From: Acidobacteriota bacterium
GTDB lineage: Bacteria; Acidobacteriota; UBA4820; DSQY01
Reading direction: 5' to 3'
DNA length: 64,000 bases
Assembly (NCBI GenBank): GCA_049967655.1
Contig: JBMFSH010000008.1
Location: 39,268-103,267 of the forward strand
Position 1 is the first letter of the stretch. Each line of letters starts with the position of its first letter. Of the stretch, positions 38,823-47,415 are shown one piece after another. Position numbers and translations under genes: made by a program. The notes under the pieces are model-generated. The model saw nothing but the letters and a program-made list of their open reading frames with translations, was not told the origin of the DNA and ran no database searches.

Positions 38823-39656
38823 ATGCCCCAGGTGATTCGGCTGGCCCACAGCCCAGACTCCGACGACGCCTTTATGTTCTACGCCCTAGCCCAGGGGCTC
38901 ATCGATACCGAGGGCATCACCTTCATGCACGAACTGGGCGACATCCAGAGCCTCAACGAGCGGGCCCTCAAGGGTGAGCTGGAGGTGACCGCCGTCTCCT
39001 TCCACGCCTACGCCTACCTCTCGGACCTCTACCTCCTGCTCCCGCACGGCGCCTCCTTCGGGGACGGCTACGGCCCTATGGTCATCTCAGCCTCCCCCAT
39101 GGCCGCTTCCGACCTCCGGGGCCTGAAGATCGCCGTGCCCGGCAGGATGACCTCGGCCTTCCTTGGCCTCCAGCTCTTTCTCCCGGAGTTTGAACCGGTC
39201 TTCATGGAGTTCGACCAGATCCTCCCGGCCGTGAAGGAGGGGCGGATCCAGGCTGGACTCATCATCCACGAGGGACAGGTCACCTACGGGCGGGAGGGGC
39301 TGCACCGCGTGGTAGACCTGGGCGCCTGGTGGAAGGAGCTCACGGGGCTCCCGCTCCCCCTGGGGGGCAACGTCATTCGCCGGGACCTGGGGCCCGAGGT
39401 CATCGCCAAGGTGAGCCGGCTGCTCCACGCCAGCATCGAATACTCCCTCAGCCACCGGCGCCCCGCCCTGGAATACGCCATGGCCTTCGGACGCGGCCTT
39501 TCCACCGAGGAGGCGGACCGCTTCGTGGGCATGTACGTGAACGACTGGACGCTCTCCTACGGGCAGCGCGGCAAGGAGGCCGTCCGGCGCCTGCTGGCCG
39601 AGGCCTTCGAGGCCGGCCTCATCCCCCGCCGAGTGGTACCCGAGTTCTCCGAGTAG
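38823..39656 (+). CDS. mqnD: 1,4-dihydroxy-6-naphthoate synthase (futalosine pathway)
   Basis: AHSPDSDDAFMF, GDGYGP, IIHEGQ, DLGAWW, PLPLG, MYVN. Confidence 0.85.
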   Translation: MPQVIRLAHSPDSDDAFMFYALAQGLIDTEGITFMHELGDIQSLNERALKGELEVTAVSFHAYAYLSDLYLLLPHGASFGDGYGPMVISASPMAASDLRGLKIAVPGRMTSAFLGLQLFLPEFEPVFMEFDQILPAVKEGRIQAGLIIHEGQVTYGREGLHRVVDLGAWWKELTGLPLPLGGNVIRRDLGPEVIAKVSRLLHASIEYSLSHRRPALEYAMAFGRGLSTEEADRFVGMYVNDWTLSYGQRGKEAVRRLLAEAFEAGLIPRRVVPEFSE

Positions 39657-39666
39657 GCCCACCTCG

Positions 39667-39705
39667 CGTTTTTCCCTGCAAAGGAAAAACGGCGTCCCGG
39701 AGCCG
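39667..39705. repeat. Hairpin-containing dispersed repeat, copy 1
   Basis: 33/39 identical to 63825-63863; stem differences are compensatory. Confidence 0.7.
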
Positions 39706-39753
39706 GCAAACGAGACCCAATTGAGGTGCTCCGGCTCGGCCGAGCCCCCTCGG

Positions 39754-39783
39754 TTGACAGCCTTCGGGATGGGCTCCCATAAT
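39754..39783 (+). promoter_or_regulatory. Putative sigma70 promoter of cheY-cheA
   Basis: TTGACA-18 bp-CATAAT, then a GGAGG RBS. Confidence 0.5.
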
Positions 39784-39798
39784 GGCTGCGGGGAGGCC

Positions 39799-40167
39799 AT
39801 GAAGACCAAGGTTCTGGTGGTGGAAGACAACAGCGCCATGCGGAGCCTGATCGCCACGGCTCTGGATCAGCATCTCAACCTAGACGTGTACGAGGCCGAA
39901 AACGGCTTCTCCGCCCTGAAGCTCATCCCCGATAACGAGTTCCAGCTTATCCTCACGGACATCAACATGCCCGACATCAACGGCCTGGAACTCATCACCT
40001 TCCTGCGGCAGCACCCCGTGTACAGTCAGGTACCCATCCTGATCATCTCGACCGAGGCCGGGGATGAGGATCGCAGGCGGGGGCTGGCCATCGGCGCCAA
40101 CGGCTACCTCACTAAACCCTTCACCGAAGGCCAACTCGTCGACCTCGTCCAGCATCACCTTCCATGA
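39799..40167 (+). CDS. cheY: CheY-like response regulator
   Basis: VLVVED, LTDINMPDING, YLTKPF; directly upstream of cheA. Confidence 0.8.
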   Translation: MKTKVLVVEDNSAMRSLIATALDQHLNLDVYEAENGFSALKLIPDNEFQLILTDINMPDINGLELITFLRQHPVYSQVPILIISTEAGDEDRRRGLAIGANGYLTKPFTEGQLVDLVQHHLP

Positions 40168-40213
40168 CGCGGGCAGACGAACGGACGGCTTCCCGAGCCG
40201 GGAGCTCCGACCC

Positions 40214-42244
40214 ATGGTAGACAAGAGCCAGGCCAAGGCGCTGCAGGATTTCGTGGTGGAGGCCGAGGAGATCCTCGAGGGCCTGGCGGAGGACCTGGAG
40301 AAGGCCCAGGAGCAGCACGAGTCCACCGGCAAGGTCAAACCGGACCTCCTGAACAAGGTGTTCCGCGAGATGCACTCCCTGAAGGGCTTGGCCTCCATGT
40401 TCAACCTGGAACGCATCACCACCCTGAGCCACGACCTGGAGAGCCTGCTGGACAAGATCCGGATGGGCAAGATCAAGGCGAGCCCCCGCCTCTTCGGGCT
40501 GCTGAACGACAGCAGGGTGGTTCTCAAGACCCTCGTCTCCCAGGCCCCTTCGGGGAGGGAGGAGGCCGCGATCGAACCCCTCCTGGCCCGGATCGAGGGC
40601 GAGGTAAATGGGAAGCCGGTGGTCTCGCCGGCGGCTCCCGGAGGGATCGCGCTGGACGAAGCGACGCTCAAATCCTTGACCGAATACGAGGAGCACCGCC
40701 TCAAGGAGAACATCGAGGAGGAGAACCACCTCTTCTCGGTGCAGGTGGGCTTCGACTTCTCCGACTTCGACACGCGCTTGAGGGCCCTCTCGGAGCGCCT
40801 CTCCGAATCGGGCGAGGTCATCTCCACTCTCCCGGTGGCCGATCCGAATCTCCCGCCCGGCATCCACTTCCGGCTGCTCTTCGGCACCCGCCTGAGCCAG
40901 GCCCAGGTGGCCTCGCTCGTGGCCGACGTTCACGGACTCGTCGCCGACCTCTTGCCGGCCCCGGCCTCGGCGCCCGAGCAGCCCCCTCCGCAAGAGCCGG
41001 GCGATCAGGGGGCGTCCGAACCCCACGAGGCCGATGCGGAGGACATGCGGGGCATCTCAAACACGGTGAAGGTGGACATCGAAAAGCTGGACACCGTCAT
41101 GGGCATCGTGGGGGAGCTGAACCTCGTCAAGAACTCACTGGAACTCTTGGCCACCAACCTCCGGGCCTCGGGGGGGCAGCAGGAGATCTCCCAGGAGCTG
41201 CTCAAGCAGGTCCGCAGCATGGACAAGAAGCTGGGCGAGCTCCAGCGCGCCATCATCGACATCCGGCTCGTGCCCATCGCTCAGATCTTCACGCGGCTCA
41301 ACCGCACGGCGCGCAGGCTGGCCCGCCAGGCGGGCAAGGAGGTCTCGGTTCAGCTCTACGGCGGCGAAACGGAGCTGGACAAGATGATGATGGACGCCCT
41401 GGTCACACCGCTCATCCACCTGATCCGAAACTCCATCGACCACGGCCTGGAGCCGCCGGAGGAACGCCTGCACGCGGGCAAGCCGGCGGAAGGGCTCTTG
41501 GCCATCAGCGCCTACCAGAAGGGCAACTCCATCGTCATCGAGGTCACGGACGACGGCCGCGGCCTTCAGGTCGAGAAGATCCGGCAGGCCGCCCTGAAGA
41601 AGGGGCTCGCCGACGCCAAGCAGGCCCTCAGCGCCGAGGAGTGCATGGAGCTCATCTTCCTGCCGGGATTCTCCTCCGCCGAGACGGTCACGGAGGTTTC
41701 GGGCCGCGGCGTCGGCCTCGACGCCGTGAAGGCCGACATCCAGGCCCTCAAGGGCAGCATCGCCCTCTGGTCCGAACCCGGGAAGGGCACGACCTTCCAG
41801 ATCACGCTCCCCATCACGTTGGCCATCATCCAGAGCCTCATCGTGCGCTGCTGCGACCAGTCCTTCGCCATCCCCATCTCCTCCGTTCTGGAGACCTTCC
41901 GCACCAGCGAGGCGGAGGTCCAGAGGGTGGACCAGAAGGAGGTCTACAACCTTCGCGGCGTTACGCTGCCGCTCCTCCGGCTGGAGGACCGCTTTCACCT
42001 AAACCGCGCGGAGAAGAGGACGAGCGACAGAATCTACGTCGTGGTTGCCCGCCGGGGCGAGAAGGCGGCGGGAATCGTGGTGGATGAGCTGTCGGGGGAG
42101 CAGGAGACCGTCGTGCACCCCATAGGCCAGAGCCTGGGGGCGGTTCCTGGCGTCGCCGGGGCCACGGAGATGGGCGAGAATCAGGTGATCCTGGTGATCG
42201 ACACCGCCAGCCTCCTCTCGACCGTCGAGTCGGTGCGCGTCTGA
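40214..42244 (+). CDS. cheA: Chemotaxis histidine kinase CheA
   Basis: Hpt FREMHSLKG, HLIRNSIDHGLE, DDGRG, GFSSA...SGRGVGLD, C-terminal CheW domain. Confidence 0.93.
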   Translation: MVDKSQAKALQDFVVEAEEILEGLAEDLEKAQEQHESTGKVKPDLLNKVFREMHSLKGLASMFNLERITTLSHDLESLLDKIRMGKIKASPRLFGLLNDSRVVLKTLVSQAPSGREEAAIEPLLARIEGEVNGKPVVSPAAPGGIALDEATLKSLTEYEEHRLKENIEEENHLFSVQVGFDFSDFDTRLRALSERLSESGEVISTLPVADPNLPPGIHFRLLFGTRLSQAQVASLVADVHGLVADLLPAPASAPEQPPPQEPGDQGASEPHEADAEDMRGISNTVKVDIEKLDTVMGIVGELNLVKNSLELLATNLRASGGQQEISQELLKQVRSMDKKLGELQRAIIDIRLVPIAQIFTRLNRTARRLARQAGKEVSVQLYGGETELDKMMMDALVTPLIHLIRNSIDHGLEPPEERLHAGKPAEGLLAISAYQKGNSIVIEVTDDGRGLQVEKIRQAALKKGLADAKQALSAEECMELIFLPGFSSAETVTEVSGRGVGLDAVKADIQALKGSIALWSEPGKGTTFQITLPITLAIIQSLIVRCCDQSFAIPISSVLETFRTSEAEVQRVDQKEVYNLRGVTLPLLRLEDRFHLNRAEKRTSDRIYVVVARRGEKAAGIVVDELSGEQETVVHPIGQSLGAVPGVAGATEMGENQVILVIDTASLLSTVESVRV

Positions 42245-42257
42245 AGCGGGAGGACGG

Positions 42258-43052
42258 GTGTACAAATCCTTTTTCGGGCTGAAGGAGCGGCCGTTCGGCA
42301 AGACGCCCGACCCGCGCTTCCTCTACCTCGCCCCGCAGTACGACGAGGCCCTCGCCCGGCTTCAGTACGCCGTCGAAGAGCGGGAGATCGCGGTGCTGAC
42401 CGGCGAGATCGGTTGCGGGAAGACCACCCTCTCGCGCGCCCTCATGGACCAGAACGGCAGGGAGCGCATGGTCCTCATGGTGAATCCCCGCCTCACCCCC
42501 AACCAGTTCCTGCGAGAGCTGGCCCTTCGCCTGGAGCTGGAGCCGAGGTACCATCGGGCCGACCTGCTGGACGCCATCTCCGACCGCCTGTTGGAGCTGC
42601 ATCAGGAGGGAAGCGGCGTGGTCCTCATCGTGGATGAGGCCCAGCTCATCCCCGGCAAGCCCACCTTCGACGAGCTGCGCCTGCTCTCCAACTTCCAATT
42701 GGACGCGGTTAACCTCATCGCCATCCTGCTCATCGGCCAGCCCGAACTCCGCCAGCGGCTCAAGCATCCGGCCTACGCCGCCCTCCGCCAGCGCGTCGGC
42801 ATGTGGTACCACCTGGCGCCCCTCTCCCCCCAGGAGACGGAGCGGTACGCCGCCTACCGGCTGGAAGTGGCCGGCGGCGACTCCGACGTGTTCAGCCCCG
42901 CGGCCATGCGCGCCCTCTACCGCCACACCCACGGCATCCCGAGGCTCATCAACAACCTCTGCACCAACGCGCTCCTCACCGCCTTCGGAAAGGAGGAGCG
43001 CCCCGTCACCGAGAGGACGGTCAACGAGGCCGCCTCGGAGCTGCAACCCTAG
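42258..43052 (+). CDS. ExeA/GspA-family AAA+ ATPase
   Basis: FFGLKERPF, GEIGCGKTT, IVDEAQ, LIGQPEL, GIPRLINNLC. Confidence 0.88.
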   Translation: MYKSFFGLKERPFGKTPDPRFLYLAPQYDEALARLQYAVEEREIAVLTGEIGCGKTTLSRALMDQNGRERMVLMVNPRLTPNQFLRELALRLELEPRYHRADLLDAISDRLLELHQEGSGVVLIVDEAQLIPGKPTFDELRLLSNFQLDAVNLIAILLIGQPELRQRLKHPAYAALRQRVGMWYHLAPLSPQETERYAAYRLEVAGGDSDVFSPAAMRALYRHTHGIPRLINNLCTNALLTAFGKEERPVTERTVNEAASELQP

Positions 43053-43064
43053 GGGGCACTTCCC

Positions 43065-43772
43065 ATGGCAGGAAGCGGACGTCGCGAAAGCAGGGGCATG
43101 GACGCCCTGCAGGCCAATCTGGGCCGTTTCTTCAGGGACGCATCCCTTCTGCGGCAGGCGCTGACCCACCCCTCCGCGGCCGCCGAGGAGGGCCTGCCGC
43201 GGATCCGCTCCTACGAGCGGCTGGAGTTCCTGGGCGACGCGCTGTTGGGCTTCGCCCTCGCGGAGTTCCTCTTCGACCGTTACCCCCGGGAGGAGGAGGG
43301 GGTTCTCTCGCGGCTCCGGGCTTACTGGGCCAGTCAGCCCGTGTTGGCGGGCGTGGCCCGCGAACTCGGGCTCCAAGCCTGCATCTGCCTGGGCGCCGGG
43401 GAATCCAGGGACGGGGGCGCCGAGAAGGACCGCATCCTGGCCAGCGCTCTGGAGGCCCTGCTCGGCGCCGTCTACCTGGACGCTGGGTTGAAGCCCGCCA
43501 CCGCTCTCGTGCGGCAGCTCTGGGCCCCCGCCATCCGGCGCCAGGGGCTGGCCGTCCTCCAGGAGGACGCCAAAACGAACCTTCAGGAGCGAAGGCAGGC
43601 GGAGGGACTTCCCCTCCCCGTGTACCGAAGCGAGCCCTCCCTGGACGGAGAGGGCTTCACCTGCATGGTCCTGATCGATGGCCAGGTTTCGGGCCGAGGA
43701 TCGGGCCCCACTCGGAAGGCCGCCGAACAGGCCGCCGCGCGCGAGGCGCTCTCCGCCCTGGACCGCGGGTAG
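43065..43772 (+). CDS. rnc: Ribonuclease III
   Basis: ALTHPS, ERLEFLGD, EALLGAVYLD, C-terminal dsRBD (DAKTNLQE...KAAEQAAA). Confidence 0.93.
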   Translation: MAGSGRRESRGMDALQANLGRFFRDASLLRQALTHPSAAAEEGLPRIRSYERLEFLGDALLGFALAEFLFDRYPREEEGVLSRLRAYWASQPVLAGVARELGLQACICLGAGESRDGGAEKDRILASALEALLGAVYLDAGLKPATALVRQLWAPAIRRQGLAVLQEDAKTNLQERRQAEGLPLPVYRSEPSLDGEGFTCMVLIDGQVSGRGSGPTRKAAEQAAAREALSALDRG

Positions 43773-43802
43773 CCGGCCGCCGGAAAGGCCTTATCGCGAT
43801 CC

Positions 43803-44264
43803 CTACTCGATCCCCACGAGCTCCACCTCGAAGATCAGCGTCGAATTCGGCGGGATCGCACCGGGGAATCCCCGCTGTCCGTAGGCCAGATCTGGCGGGA
43901 TGATGAGCTTACGCTTGCCCCCCACGTGCATGGTGGAGACCCCCTCGTCCCACCCCTTGATCACCATCCCCCTGCCGAGAACGAATTTGAGCGGTTCGCC
44001 CCGGTCGTAGGAGCTGTCGAATTTGGTGCCGTTGGTCAGCCACCCCGTGTACTGCACCAGCACGGTCTGGCCGGGCTTCGGGACGGGCCCCGACCCGACC
44101 TTCAGGTCGATGACCTTGAGGCCGGACGGGGTGGTGACCTCCCGGGGCTGTGCCTTCTCCGCCGCCTCCTTCTCGCCTTTCTTAGGGGGAGCCCCCTGGG
44201 ATACCTGCGCCAGGGTCGCCAGGGCCAGGCCCGTGAAGAGCATCAGCAGAATCGCGCGTCTCAT
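43803..44264 (-). CDS. Exported FKBP-type peptidyl-prolyl isomerase
   Basis: Signal peptide; [35 protein letters not shown]. Confidence 0.92.
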   Translation of the reverse strand: MRRAILLMLFTGLALATLAQVSQGAPPKKGEKEAAEKAQPREVTTPSGLKVIDLKVGSGPVPKPGQTVLVQYTGWLTNGTKFDSSYDRGEPLKFVLGRGMVIKGWDEGVSTMHVGGKRKLIIPPDLAYGQRGFPGAIPPNSTLIFEVELVGIE

Positions 44265-44491
44265 CGAGATCTCCTTTCCCAACTACATTCCGAGATTAAA
44301 AGGGCGGCGCTCAGCCAGAGCCGCCGGTCCAGGGACCCCTCGGGATCGCTCCCCTGAATCTGCCGGTGCGCGTGCATGGCCGTCCTCGTCCGGCGCCGCC
44401 GCCGGACCGCTTGAAGTGCAGTATAACAGAGGGCCGGCTTTGGGCCTCGGGCCTTCAAGCCCGGCCTGACCTGTGAGATCCTGACGAAGTG

Positions 44492-44990
44492 ATGGAGCCT
44501 CTCAACACCCCGGCCGTTCTGGTCTTCGAGCACGCCCCCTCGGAGGGGCCCGGGCTCATCGGCGCCGCCCTCCGGGAGCGCGGAGTTCCCTTCCGTCGCG
44601 TCCGCGGATATGCGGGGGACCCCATCCCCGGGACCCTCCGCGGCGCCGCCTGCCTGGTGATCATGGGCGGCCCCATGAACGTGGATGGGGAGGGCCGCTT
44701 CCCCTTCCTGCGAGAGGAGAAGAGGCTCATAGAGCTCGGCCTGAGAGCCGGCCTTCCGGTACGGTGCCACCCACGGCCTGCTCTTCCACCTGGAGGTGAC
44801 CCCCTCCGCCGTGGAGGCCATGGCGTCGGCGTTCCCGGGCGACCTGGCCGCCGCCGGCCTCTCCCGCCGATCCCTGGCCATCCAGACCCGGACACACGCG
44901 AGCGCCCTGGGCCGGATGGCGCGGGCCGTCTGCTCGCGCTGGGCGGCGCGGGTGCGGTGGGACGAAACCCTTCTGGAGCGTCTCCGCTGA
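44492..44990 (+). pseudogene. Internally deleted class I glutamine amidotransferase-like gene
   Basis: N-part FEHAPSEGPG...MGGPMNV...AGLPV stops just before the expected LGICLG nucleophile; another frame resumes AFRYGATHGLLFHLEVT (His-x-Glu). Confidence 0.75.
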
Positions 44991-45021
44991 AACCTCGGCC
45001 GAAAGAAAGCCCGGCCCCCGA

Positions 45022-45288
45022 TCAGGAACGATGCGACGGCGACGGCTCTCGGGCGGCGGAAAGCCACCCCTTGATCAGGGGCTCGGTGGGCATCCAACCC
45101 TGGACCAGGAGACGCCCGTTGAGAAGCAGGCCGGGAAACTTTTCCACTCCGGCGGCCCGGATGGCGCTCTGGTCCGAAAGTTCCCGGATCTCGGCCTCCA
45201 GGCCCAGCTCCTCCACGGCCTTGCGGACCATCGCCTCCAGCTCCATGCAGCGGCTGCAGCCGGGGCCGACCACCACCACTTCCAACAT
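45022..45288 (-). CDS. Small thioredoxin-like redox-active disulfide protein
   Basis: GPGCSRC (CxxC) and PGLLLNG in an 88-aa ORF; GGGGG RBS. Confidence 0.8.
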   Translation of the reverse strand: MLEVVVVGPGCSRCMELEAMVRKAVEELGLEAEIRELSDQSAIRAAGVEKFPGLLLNGRLLVQGWMPTEPLIKGWLSAAREPSPSHRS

Positions 45289-45507
45289 CCCCCCCTCCTC
45301 GCGACACCCGCCTCAGGTTCAGGAGCGGAAGTATAGGCGGATGGGGCACGGATCGCCCAAGAACCTCCCTGCTCGAGGGCCATGTGGGTGAGCTGCCCCA
45401 CCCCGGCGGGTCCATGTCGCGGGCCGTCGCCGCGCCGGGCTTGCCACACCTCGGCGCCTCATTTGGTAGACTCTCCCTTCATTGGCCTGCGCGGCCGGGA
45501 GACTGGC

Positions 45508-46632
45508 TTGAACGACGTTACCCGTTTCGCCGTGTTCCTGGGCATCGTGTTGGGCGTGTGGACCGGCATGCACCTCTTCCTCCTCTGGCGCCTGTGGGAC
45601 CTGCCTTTCATGGCCGACGCGGGAATCCGCCGCTGGGCCCTCCTCCTCGCGGCGGTCGGCTGGCTCAGTTATCCCCTCGGCCGCCTCCTGGTTCATACCC
45701 GGTCCTTTCCCTGGGCACCCGCGGTGGAGCTGGCGGGAGCCACCTGGATGGGAGTGCTGTTTTTCGCGGTGATCGCGCTTCTGGCCGTGAATCTGCCCAC
45801 GGGGTTTGGCCACCTGCTCCCCTCTTGGAGCATCCCCCTCCGCCTGACCGCGGTGGCGCTGGCTCTTCTCCTGTCGGCCGCGGCGCTCGTCCAGGGGCTC
45901 CGGCCTCCCGCCGTCCGGGAGCTGGAACTCCCCCTGCCCGGACTGCCCCGCGAGAGGGACGGGCTGGTCCTTGTGCAGCTCTCCGATCTCCACCTGGGAT
46001 CTCTCCTGGGCGCGAGGTGGCTGGCGGAGCGGATGCGGCAGGTGGACTCCCTGCGACCCGACCTGCTCGTGATCACGGGGGACGTGGTGGACGGGGACCT
46101 GACCGCCGTGGAGCCCCTCGTTCCGCTGCTGCGCCGATGGCACGCCCCCCTCGGCGTCTGGGCCGTGACCGGTAACCATGAGTTCTACGCCGGGTTGGAG
46201 AGCTCGGCGACCCTCCTGAAGAGCGCCGGATTTCGCGTGCTGCGCGACCAGTGGGAGGAGGCGGCCCCGGGGCTCATCCTGGCCGGGGTGGACGACCTGA
46301 CCGCCCGGCGCCAGTTCGGCCTTCCCGATCACCCGATCGAAGACGCCCTCGGGGGACGCCCGCCGGGAGCGACCCTGTTCCTCTGCCACAGCCCCCTGGA
46401 GGTTCAGCGCGCCTCCGAGCTCGGCGTTGGGCTCATGCTGTCGGGACACACCCACGCCGGCCAGATCTGGCCCTTCGGGTACCTGGTCCGCCTCTCCTAT
46501 CCCTATCTCGCGGGCTCCTTCCGCGTCGGGGGAATGGAGCTCGTGGTGAGCCGCGGCACCGGAACCTGGGGGCCGCGCATGCGGCTCTTCCATCGCTCCG
46601 AGATCCTGCGGATCACGCTCCGGTCGGCCTGA
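45508..46632 (+). CDS. Membrane-anchored metallophosphoesterase (YkuE-like)
   Basis: N-terminal TM helices; SDLHLG, TGDVVD, GNHE, SGHTHAGQ, VSRGTG. Confidence 0.87.
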   Translation: MNDVTRFAVFLGIVLGVWTGMHLFLLWRLWDLPFMADAGIRRWALLLAAVGWLSYPLGRLLVHTRSFPWAPAVELAGATWMGVLFFAVIALLAVNLPTGFGHLLPSWSIPLRLTAVALALLLSAAALVQGLRPPAVRELELPLPGLPRERDGLVLVQLSDLHLGSLLGARWLAERMRQVDSLRPDLLVITGDVVDGDLTAVEPLVPLLRRWHAPLGVWAVTGNHEFYAGLESSATLLKSAGFRVLRDQWEEAAPGLILAGVDDLTARRQFGLPDHPIEDALGGRPPGATLFLCHSPLEVQRASELGVGLMLSGHTHAGQIWPFGYLVRLSYPYLAGSFRVGGMELVVSRGTGTWGPRMRLFHRSEILRITLRSA

Positions 46633-46789
46633 ACCATGGGAGCGCAGGCATCGCCGCCCGAATGACATATCACCTCACCCGGGGGTGACAAAGAATGGCC
46701 ACACTACAGCTAAAAGCCTAATTCCATGTCACTTATGGATGGCACAGGATTTGCTTTTCCCATGATCTACCGTGCTGAGGAGCCGAGCG

Positions 46790-47287
46790 ATGCGCCGCGG
46801 AGGGGACGGGTTCACCCTGATCGAGGTCCTTATCGTGGTGGCGATCATCGCCATCCTGGTCGCCATCCTCGTTCCGAACTACCAGATGGCCATGAACCGG
46901 GCCCGCCAGAAGCGTGCCATGGCGGAAATGCACGGCCTGGCCACCGCCATTATCTCCTACACGACGGATACGGGCATGGTCCCGCCGGCCGGCACGGCCT
47001 GGACCGATTCCGACTCTGCCATTCCCGTATCCGCCATCGTCCCCTACTACATCATCAAGCTTCCCAACCCCGATCCGTGGTCCCACAAGTATCAGTACTC
47101 CACCAGCACCGACAACCAGTACTTCGGCATCCGGTGCCTGGGCCTCGAGGGCGTCCCTGACAGCCCGGACCTGTCCGTCCTGATGACTTCCGAACCGGTC
47201 CGCACCGTCTGCTTCGAGAACAACATCGTCTGGGTGAACAGCGGCTTCGCTTGGTGGCCCGAGGGAGTTCAGACGCAGTGCTACTGA
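46790..47287 (+). CDS. Prepilin/pseudopilin (type IV pilin N-terminal methylation motif)
   Basis: G-FTLIEVLIVVAIIAIL class III signal; DPW motif; C-terminal cysteines. Confidence 0.85.
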   Translation: MRRGGDGFTLIEVLIVVAIIAILVAILVPNYQMAMNRARQKRAMAEMHGLATAIISYTTDTGMVPPAGTAWTDSDSAIPVSAIVPYYIIKLPNPDPWSHKYQYSTSTDNQYFGIRCLGLEGVPDSPDLSVLMTSEPVRTVCFENNIVWVNSGFAWWPEGVQTQCY

Positions 47288-47415
47288 AGGGCCGTCATGG
47301 CACAGGCCCTGCCACGCCGGCTGAGATCCGATTGCTCCCGCTTACGAACAGGGGTGTATTTCAGAACCCCGCCTCTTCCCCGCGAGAAGGCCCACGCCGG
47401 ACGGCCTCCGGGATC

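Noticed and set aside
39660..39750. c-di-GMP-I riboswitch upstream of cheY (GGCAAAC present)
   Set aside because: The required P2 GNRA stem and downstream GACGCAAAG arrangement are absent in that orientation.
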